A stretch of 64,000 nt of DNA from Paracoccaceae bacterium (GTDB taxonomy: Bacteria > Pseudomonadota > Alphaproteobacteria > Rhodobacterales > Rhodobacteraceae). The notes below the pieces were generated by a model. That model worked only from the letters and a program-made list of their open reading frames with translations. It was not told the DNA's origin and made no database searches. Positions 57,610-64,000 of this stretch are shown here, piece after piece. The translations under genes and the position numbers were made by a program. The stretch spans positions 1,550,907 to 1,614,906 of the forward strand of contig CAWUEW020000003.1 in the NCBI GenBank assembly GCA_963921255.3, read 5' to 3'. Within the stretch, counting starts at the first letter, position 1. Each line of letters opens with the position of its first letter.

Positions 57610-58317
57610 TCACTCACCGGGTGACGCAGGCTGCGGGGCGGGGTCTGCGCCGTCCTGTGGCGCCGTTTCCCCGAAGCCGAGATCAATCAGCGGGGCGGTG
57701 CCACCGTCCCCCAGTTCAGCATTGATCCGTTCGACGGCAGCGTTGGTGATGTCGATCGCGCCCGCGGACAGGAAGACGCTGCGGGAATCGAGCACAACCG
57801 CTGCGCCGCGTCCGCGAGCAAGATCCAGCAGGATGGGCGTGACCAAATCGAAAAACCGGGCCTGCGCGGCCTCGGCTTGGGCCTGCAGGTCGCGTCCCTT
57901 GGCCTCTTGCGCATCGCGGATCGCTTCCACCCGGATGTCAAATTCCTCGGCCATGGCGCGGAATTCCGCGACATCGGTCGTGGGCCGCAACTCGGTCAAA
58001 CGCAGCTCTTCCTCGGTCAGTTGCTGCTCGATCTCGCGGTTTTCGCGCGACAATTCGCGCGCCGCAGCTTCCAGTTCGGATGCGACGCGCTGACCGAACA
58101 CCGATTGGGAAAAAAGCCGTTCCTGATTCAACACCAGAACGGCGCTTTGAACGCCGGATTGCGCCTGAGCGGGCTCCCCCGTGGGCGCCGCGACGGATTC
58201 TGATCCGGCCCCGCCAGTCACATCTTCGGTCGACGTGTCCTCTTGCGCCTCGGCGGCCAAAACGGTGGCACAGGCCAACCACATGGCCAATGCCGCACGT
58301 ACCCCGATCCTGAGCAT
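57610..58317 (-). CDS. OmpH/Skp-family periplasmic chaperone
   Basis: 235 aa. It has a signal peptide (...TVLAAEA) and a long coiled-coil (...ELEAAARELSRENREIEQQLTEEELRLTELR...). The gene is directly downstream of bamA. Confidence 0.8.
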   Translation of the reverse strand: MLRIGVRAALAMWLACATVLAAEAQEDTSTEDVTGGAGSESVAAPTGEPAQAQSGVQSAVLVLNQERLFSQSVFGQRVASELEAAARELSRENREIEQQLTEEELRLTELRPTTDVAEFRAMAEEFDIRVEAIRDAQEAKGRDLQAQAEAAQARFFDLVTPILLDLARGRGAAVVLDSRSVFLSAGAIDITNAAVERINAELGDGGTAPLIDLGFGETAPQDGADPAPQPASPGE

Positions 58318-58331
58318 TGGCCGATGCCGGC

Positions 58332-60683
58332 TCAGAACCGTGCCTCGATGGTGAAGTCAAAGTCGCGCGTTTGGTCCGAGGCTTCGGTGATGATGGCCCG
58401 GCTGAAGTTGAACCGAAGCGGCCCCACCGCCGTATCCCAGAACACCGACACACCGACAGCCGACCGCAGGTTGAGCCCGTCGTCCACGGTGCCACCAAAG
58501 CCGGCCGTGTTGTCGAGGCCCCAGACCGAGCCGACATCGGCAAACACGCCGCCGCTGATGCCGTATTCTTCAGGCAACCCGAGCGGGAAACCGGCCTCGA
58601 ACCGCGCGACAGCGAAGAAGTTGCCGCCCAGTGCGTCGTTGCCCGGTGCCGTCGTATCCCGCGGCCCGAGACCGAAGGTGTCGAAGCCCCGCATTTGGCG
58701 GCTGCTGAGGAAGAAGCGGTCCGAGACATGCGAGTTGCCGGACAGCGATTGCAATGCACCCGCCTCGAACGACGCCCGCAGCGTGACTTCCTCGCGGGCC
58801 ACTTGCCGTTCTGCAATGGCAAGGGCGGTTGCGCGCAGATAGTTCGCATCGCCCCCAAGCCCGGCGTATTCAAGGTCGAACTGCAAGCGCACGCCCGCAT
58901 TCGGATCCAAACCGCCATCGCGCGTATCGTAGGCGTACTGCAGCCCAACAAAGGCCGTGCGCTGCTCGCCCTGATCCGCTGTCAGAATGGGCGAAGTCAC
59001 GGCGGCGTTGAACCCGGACAGGTTTGTCGACTCGTACCCCACCGTGGCGCGGGTACGGCTGTACTCGCTGATCGGGAACCCGATCGACGCATTCAGACCC
59101 GCATCGGTCGAATCGTAGGCGCGGTTCTGATTGTCGGTTTCGACGTAGAACGCCTCCAGCCCAAGCGACAGGTCGCGGCGCAAGAAGGCTGGTTCCTCAA
59201 AGCCGAAATTGAAAGACTGGCTGCCCCGGGTGGTGTTGAAGCCAAAGTCCAGCGCCTGGCCCCGGCCCAGGAAGTTGCGCTCGGAGAAGCTGATGCCAAA
59301 CCCGATGCCCACATCGGTCGAATAGTTGCCCGCAAAGGTCAGCGACCCGGTCGGTTGCTCTTCCACATCGACGTCAACGATCACCTGGTCAGGTGCGGTG
59401 CCTTCCCGGCCGTCGACGGCGACGTCCGCAAAGAACCCGGTTGCGCGAATACGCTCGGCTGCCGCGCGCACGGCGCGGGGGTCGAAGGGATCACCTTCAA
59501 CGGTATCGAATTGGCGTCGGATCACGCGATCGAGTGTCGTCGCGTTGCCTTCAATATCGATGCGTTCCACGAACACTCGCTCGCCACGCGAGATCACGAA
59601 CTCAACGTCCAGCGTCTGCGCCGCATCGTTGCGGGTGATCACAGGCTCCACGCGGATGAAGCGGAGACCTTGGCTGGTCGCAAGGTTTTCCATCCGGCTG
59701 ATCGTGTTGTCGATGATGCGCGGGCTGTACGTCATGCCCGGGCGAATACGGATCGTTGCCTGATAGGCCGGCACGTCGATTTCCGGCAGGTCGCTGACGG
59801 TCGTGATCTGGCCGAGGCTAAAGCTTTGACCCTCTTGGATGTTGAAGGTCACAAAGTACGAGCTGCGGTCCCGCGCAAGTTCGGGGGTGACGCTCAGGAT
59901 CCGGAAATCAACATACCCACGATCCTGGTAGAAATCTGTCAGAAGCTGGCGGTCAACGGCGATCCGGTCTGCAATGAAGGTGTCGCGCTGAATGATCTGC
60001 CGGAACAGCCCCGCCTGTGTGCTGGCCAGAACCCGGCGCAGGCGCCGGTCGGAATAGGCCCGGTTCCCCACGAAGGCGATGCGTTCTGTTTCGATCACGC
60101 GCCCTTCTGCAATTTCAAAGACCAGATCCACGCGGTTGTCGGTCCGCTCGATGATCCGCGGGGTGACGGTCGCGGTCAGGCGGCCCGCTTCGCGGTAGGC
60201 GGCGGCAATGTTATTGGCGTCCTGCTCGGCCACGGAGGGCGAATAGACGCGACGTGGTGTGGACTGGAGCAGGCTGAGAAGCGCCTCGTCCTCGAGGCGG
60301 TCATTGCCTTCGATCGAGATGCGGTTGATCGTCGGGAATTCCTCAACGGCGATCACCAGGGTCCCGCCGCGCGGCTGCATCTCGACGCTCAGGAACAATC
60401 CACTGTTCTGCAAACGCTGCAGCGCGTCGTTCACTTGGGCCGCCGTCACGGTCTGGCCCGGCGCGATCCCTGCGGTGGTCAGAACGTTCGCATCGCTGAT
60501 GCGCTGGTTGCCCTGCACGTCAAAGTTCGAAAAGCGAAGGGTTTGCGCGGACGCAGGGCCCGACAGCGCCAAAAAGACGATCAAGCCGACCCCAAGGGCG
60601 GGTGTGACCAGCCTCAAAAGCAGTGGCGCGACGGGCTTCGCAAACAACGCGTGGAGACGCAGTGGCATCGAATCCAACCCCAT
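58332..60683 (-). CDS. bamA: Outer membrane protein assembly factor BamA
   Basis: 783 aa with POTRA repeats and a C-terminal 16-strand barrel ending ...DFDFTIEARF. An alternative ATG lies at 60668. Confidence 0.95.
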   Translation of the reverse strand: MGLDSMPLRLHALFAKPVAPLLLRLVTPALGVGLIVFLALSGPASAQTLRFSNFDVQGNQRISDANVLTTAGIAPGQTVTAAQVNDALQRLQNSGLFLSVEMQPRGGTLVIAVEEFPTINRISIEGNDRLEDEALLSLLQSTPRRVYSPSVAEQDANNIAAAYREAGRLTATVTPRIIERTDNRVDLVFEIAEGRVIETERIAFVGNRAYSDRRLRRVLASTQAGLFRQIIQRDTFIADRIAVDRQLLTDFYQDRGYVDFRILSVTPELARDRSSYFVTFNIQEGQSFSLGQITTVSDLPEIDVPAYQATIRIRPGMTYSPRIIDNTISRMENLATSQGLRFIRVEPVITRNDAAQTLDVEFVISRGERVFVERIDIEGNATTLDRVIRRQFDTVEGDPFDPRAVRAAAERIRATGFFADVAVDGREGTAPDQVIVDVDVEEQPTGSLTFAGNYSTDVGIGFGISFSERNFLGRGQALDFGFNTTRGSQSFNFGFEEPAFLRRDLSLGLEAFYVETDNQNRAYDSTDAGLNASIGFPISEYSRTRATVGYESTNLSGFNAAVTSPILTADQGEQRTAFVGLQYAYDTRDGGLDPNAGVRLQFDLEYAGLGGDANYLRATALAIAERQVAREEVTLRASFEAGALQSLSGNSHVSDRFFLSSRQMRGFDTFGLGPRDTTAPGNDALGGNFFAVARFEAGFPLGLPEEYGISGGVFADVGSVWGLDNTAGFGGTVDDGLNLRSAVGVSVFWDTAVGPLRFNFSRAIITEASDQTRDFDFTIEARF

Positions 60684-60883
60684 GTGTAACGTGCAGACAC
60701 GACCTGCCTATCGACTGGTATGGGGGTTGTCAAAACGATCACACCATCCTGTGTGTCATAAGGGTCAGCGTGCCACATATTCGCCACATTTCAAACGCCT
60801 TAAGGGCCACCGGCAGGAGCCGCTGACCCATAGCGTTTCGGGCAAATGAGGTGCCTGTGCGCGCGCCAGACCGGCGCGCGGTA

Positions 60884-61021
60884 TCAGTGGACGGTGACGT
60901 ACGAAAAGACGTTTCCGGCCAGAAGCAGCGCCGCAACGATGAGCAACGGCACCAGGAAGCGATCCATATTGGTCAAAACGACCAACGAGACTTCGCGATA
61001 GCTTTCTGCCAACAGTTTCAT
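60884..61021 (-). CDS. Possible small membrane protein (45 aa)
   Basis: Not in the track (<60 aa). GGAG lies 6 nt upstream of the ATG at 61021. MKLLAESYREVSLVVLTNMDRFLVPLLIVAALLLAGNVFSYVTVH has one TM segment. The stop is followed directly by an 8-bp GC hairpin. This is a speculative call. Confidence 0.3.
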   Translation of the reverse strand: MKLLAESYREVSLVVLTNMDRFLVPLLIVAALLLAGNVFSYVTVH

Positions 61022-61141
61022 GTCTTGCTCCAATCCACCCACATGTCTGGTGGGCGCAGAGCAAATATCGTGTCCGAATGTGGCGCGATTGCGGCTAGGC
61101 CAAGACCATTTCCCGATATCGGAACGCCGGAACCCTTTGGC

Positions 61142-62470
61142 CTACGGGCAGAAAATATCGTTGGTCAGGGCAAACAGCATCAAGGACAAAAGAAGCGTCA
61201 AACCAATCGTCATGAACAGGTTCAGCGCCTTGTCAGACGGCGGTTTGCCTGTGACGGCCTCGTAGGCATGGAACATCAGGTGCCCCCCGTCTAGGACGGG
61301 TATTGGGAAAAGGTTCAACAATCCAACAGCCGTCGACAGAACAGCGATGAACCAGATGAAATTGTCGATGCCCTGGCTGGCCGCCGCCCCCGACGTTTCC
61401 GCGATGCCGATCGGGCCCTGCAGGTTACACGACGAAATCGCGCCCGTGATCATGTGCCACAAGCCAGACAGCGAGGAACTGATGACGAAACCGGTTTGTT
61501 CGACACCGTACCAGACGGCTGCCCCGGGCCCGACCGACTCGCGCACGGGCTCAAAGCTCAGGCCGCCCGTGATCCCGATCAGATAGCGGGTTTCGAACCC
61601 GCCTTCCGGCAACGGCAAATCCGTGCGCTTGGGCGCGAGGGTCACTTCAAGCTCCTCCCCGCCCCGCCACAGGTCCAGCGTCAGGGGCTCCCCCTCCGCC
61701 GCTTCGACGGCCAGGCGCACCTGGCTGAAGGCATAAACGGGCGTGCCGTCGATGGCGACGATCACGTCGCCCTCTTCCAGGCCGGCCTCGATCGCGGCGG
61801 ACTGCGGGGTCACCGCTTGCACCACCGGGACCAGCGGGAACGCGGCATCGACCTGAAGCTCTTCGCCGTTACGCTCAACCGTGTAGGCCGCGGTCGGTCC
61901 GGGTTCGAGCGCATCGGCAACCTCGAACAGCTCTGCAAGCGTGCCAACGGGCTGGCCTTCGATCGCGGTGATCAGATCCCCCTGCTCGAGTTGGATGAAC
62001 TGCGCCGGCAGATCGACCTGATCGCCAATGCGCGGCTCGTCGACCGCGCGGCCCGTGAACAGCAGCACCGTGCCAAAGATCAGAATAGACAGGATAAAGT
62101 TGAACACCGGGCCCGCGGAAACGGTCGCCGCCCGCGCCCATAACGGGGCCCCATGCATGGAGCGCCGCCGTTCGCGAATGTCCATGGCGTCAATCGCGGC
62201 CCCGTCCTTGCCAGACGCCGCATCGGCATCACCCAGGAATTTCACGTAGCCGCCAAAGGGTAAGGCCGCGATTTGCCATCGCGTGCCGTGGCGGTCCACC
62301 GTGCTGAGCAGAACAGGGCCAAACCCAAGCGAAAAGACCTCGGCATGGATGCCCGACCACCGGCCGACAATGTAGTGGCCGTATTCATGAATCGCGACGA
62401 TGATCGAAAGAGCGGCCACAAAGGCGATGATCGTAAAGGCAAGACTGCCGAACTGAGGAATGAATTCCAT
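61142..62470 (-). CDS. rseP: RIP zinc metalloprotease RseP
   Basis: 442 aa. HEYGHY (HExxH), PDZ-like central region, and a C-terminal ...NLFPIPVLDGGH. Confidence 0.9.
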   Translation of the reverse strand: MEFIPQFGSLAFTIIAFVAALSIIVAIHEYGHYIVGRWSGIHAEVFSLGFGPVLLSTVDRHGTRWQIAALPFGGYVKFLGDADAASGKDGAAIDAMDIRERRRSMHGAPLWARAATVSAGPVFNFILSILIFGTVLLFTGRAVDEPRIGDQVDLPAQFIQLEQGDLITAIEGQPVGTLAELFEVADALEPGPTAAYTVERNGEELQVDAAFPLVPVVQAVTPQSAAIEAGLEEGDVIVAIDGTPVYAFSQVRLAVEAAEGEPLTLDLWRGGEELEVTLAPKRTDLPLPEGGFETRYLIGITGGLSFEPVRESVGPGAAVWYGVEQTGFVISSSLSGLWHMITGAISSCNLQGPIGIAETSGAAASQGIDNFIWFIAVLSTAVGLLNLFPIPVLDGGHLMFHAYEAVTGKPPSDKALNLFMTIGLTLLLSLMLFALTNDIFCP

Positions 62471-63648
62471 TAGCGTGACTGCTCCATGCGCGCGATTTGA
62501 TCCCAGGCTGTCTGACGAGCCATGTGGTCCGTTGTCAGCACGTCCTCAAGGCTTGACATGGGATTTGTGAGGCGAAAATCGGACGAAACGGCGTCAAGCG
62601 TCGCATCGACCACACCCGCCATGTCCATGAAGCCGATCCGACCGGCCAGGAACCCATCAAGGGCGATCTCCTTCGCGGCATTGAAAACAGCGCCTGCTTT
62701 CCCCCCCGTTTCCATCACGCTGCGGGCCAAGGCCAACGCGGGGTAGCGGGCGGGATCCGGAGCATAGAATTCGAGGCTCCCGACATCGGCAAGATTGACC
62801 CGTGACACCGGAAGGTCGGCGCGGTCGGGCCAGTGCAGCGCATAGCCGATGGCGTGCCGCATGTCGGGCGCCCCCAGATGGGCCATCAGGGCGCCATCAC
62901 AGAACCCGACCAGCGCATGCACCAGGGATTGCGGGTGGATGACGGCCTCGATCTTACTTGGGGGAACGCCGAAGAATTCCTTCGTTTCGATCAGTTCCAT
63001 GCCCTTGTTGAACATGGAGGCCGAGTCGATGGTGATGCGCTGCCCCATGTCCCAGTTCGGATGCGCGCCCGCGTCCGCGATGGTCGCCTCGCTTAACTTG
63101 TCCACGGGCCAGTCCCGAAGCCCGCCACCGGACGCCGTGATGACGATTTTCTCGACGGCGGCCATCTCTTCGCCGACCAGCGCCTGAAAGACCGCGGAGT
63201 GTTCGCTGTCGACGGGCAGAATGGTTGCGTCGTGATCCTTGGCTTCTTGCAGAAGAAGTGGGCCGGCCGTGACGAGGCTTTCCTTGTTGGCCAGCGCCAG
63301 CGTGCTGCCGTGTTGCAGGGCGCGAAATCCGGGCGCAAGCCCGGCCGCACCGACAATGGCCGACATGATCCAATCCGCAGGACGTTCCGCGGCCTCAAGC
63401 AGCGCCGAGTCTCCGGCGGCGGCCTCGATGCGCGTGCCCGCCAGCGCTTCCTGAAGATCGCCCCGCCGGTCTTCATAGGCCGTCACCGCAATGTCGGCCT
63501 TTAGCCGGATCGCATCCTCGGCCAACTGTTTTATGTTTGCCCCGCCCGTCAGCGCAACCACGTCATAGGCCTCGGGCGCGCGGGCGATCAGGTCGAGGGT
63601 GTTCTGTCCGATAGAGCCGGTCGCCCCGAAAACACTGATCCGCCGCAT
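62470..63648 (-). CDS. dxr: 1-deoxy-D-xylulose 5-phosphate reductoisomerase
   Basis: ATG at 63648 within track ORF 62470..63702, 392 aa. MRRISVFGATGSIGQNTLD..., ...LPVDSEHSA..., ...NKGMELIE.... The TAA stop shares one nt with the rseP ATG. Confidence 0.95.
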   Translation of the reverse strand: MRRISVFGATGSIGQNTLDLIARAPEAYDVVALTGGANIKQLAEDAIRLKADIAVTAYEDRRGDLQEALAGTRIEAAAGDSALLEAAERPADWIMSAIVGAAGLAPGFRALQHGSTLALANKESLVTAGPLLLQEAKDHDATILPVDSEHSAVFQALVGEEMAAVEKIVITASGGGLRDWPVDKLSEATIADAGAHPNWDMGQRITIDSASMFNKGMELIETKEFFGVPPSKIEAVIHPQSLVHALVGFCDGALMAHLGAPDMRHAIGYALHWPDRADLPVSRVNLADVGSLEFYAPDPARYPALALARSVMETGGKAGAVFNAAKEIALDGFLAGRIGFMDMAGVVDATLDAVSSDFRLTNPMSSLEDVLTTDHMARQTAWDQIARMEQSR

Positions 63649-63661
63649 GGGTCGGTTCCCT

Positions 63662-64000
63662 TCAAAGTGGCGCGGGTGGAAAATCCAGGACCGCTTCCAC
63701 AATCAAAAGCACGAGGGCCGCCCCTAGCAATGCGTCAAAGCGATCAAACAGGCCGCCATGACCGGGCAGAAGGTTCGAGCTGTCCTTGACACCAACGCGC
63801 CGCTTCGTGGCCGATTCCGCGATATCGCCCATTTGACTTGCCATGCTGAGCGCGACCGAAATCCCGATCAACTCAATCCCGCTGCCGGTTTTCGCAACAA
63901 AGGCCCATCCGACGACCGCCGCGCCAATCCACCCTGCGATAGTTCCGGCCCAGGTCTTCTTCGGGCTGACGCGCGGCCAGAATTTCGGGCCGCCAATGAT
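63662..64000 (-). CDS. cdsA: Phosphatidate cytidylyltransferase. Only the C-terminal 112 codons are present; the 5' end lies beyond the window.
   Basis: The frame is open from 64000. ...GPKFWPRVSPKKTWAGTIAGW...DIAESATKRRVGVKDSSNLLPGHGGLFDRFDALL is the CDS signature. Confidence 0.85.
   Translation of the reverse strand: MIGGPKFWPRVSPKKTWAGTIAGWIGAAVVGWAFVAKTGSGIELIGISVALSMASQMGDIAESATKRRVGVKDSSNLLPGHGGLFDRFDALLGAALVLLIVEAVLDFPPAPL

Noticed and set aside
58317-60689. 790-aa plus-strand ORF
   Set aside because: It is exactly antisense to bamA. It is Arg/Gly/Ala/Pro-rich with no recognisable motifs, which is typical of a shadow ORF in GC-rich DNA.

Overview
This is a GC-rich (roughly 60-65% by eye), densely coding chromosomal segment. 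Its gene content and order look alphaproteobacterial, most likely Rhodobacterales/Rhodobacteraceae. Supporting features are the ccmABCDG (helABCDX-type) operon, olsBA, chpT, lpxI and a cdsA-dxr-rseP-bamA-OmpH-fabZ-lpxA-lpxI-lpxB block.

Main content, in order:
- A truncated GMC oxidoreductase at the left edge.
- A DksA/TraR zinc-finger gene with two small ORFs.
- An envelope/LOS cluster: an LpxL-like acyltransferase, three GT25 genes and one GT4 gene.
- acnA, then ccmABCDG.
- sdhE flanked by two small regulators, then aatA and purB.
- An orphan FliG-like gene.
- A glycolytic block: gap-gap-pgk-fba.
- A ligase-associated DNA-damage-response exonuclease/ligase pair.
- A glcB-glcG-like-ridA-ridA operon.
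- A photolyase-family gene with a DUF2256 micro-ORF.
- olsBA, chpT, yicC-gmk, a class II DAHP synthase and glnE.
- The lipid A/BamA block, ending in a truncated cdsA at the right edge.

I found no tRNA, rRNA, CRISPR array, transposase/integrase or obvious horizontally acquired island. Many long track ORFs are antisense shadow frames of real genes.

I do not see a convincing large undescribed multi-gene system. The best leads are small-scale:
1. An HSL-type esterase is translationally coupled between the damage-response exonuclease and its ligase.
2. The only two perfect CtrA-type TTAA-N7-TTAA boxes I could find by eye are both intergenic and flank the chpT locus.
3. There is a C-terminally short orphan FliG-like gene.
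4. A Cys-bracketed motif is shared by a 54-aa secreted peptide and the adjacent TPR protein.
5. A recurrent LacI-type operator (TGTTAnCGnTAACA) lies upstream of gap, gap and fba.
6. Two FNR-type boxes are present.
7. A DUF2256 zinc-ribbon ORF is missing from the ORF track.

All functional calls rest on my recognition of translated motifs and on gene order. No database search was run.
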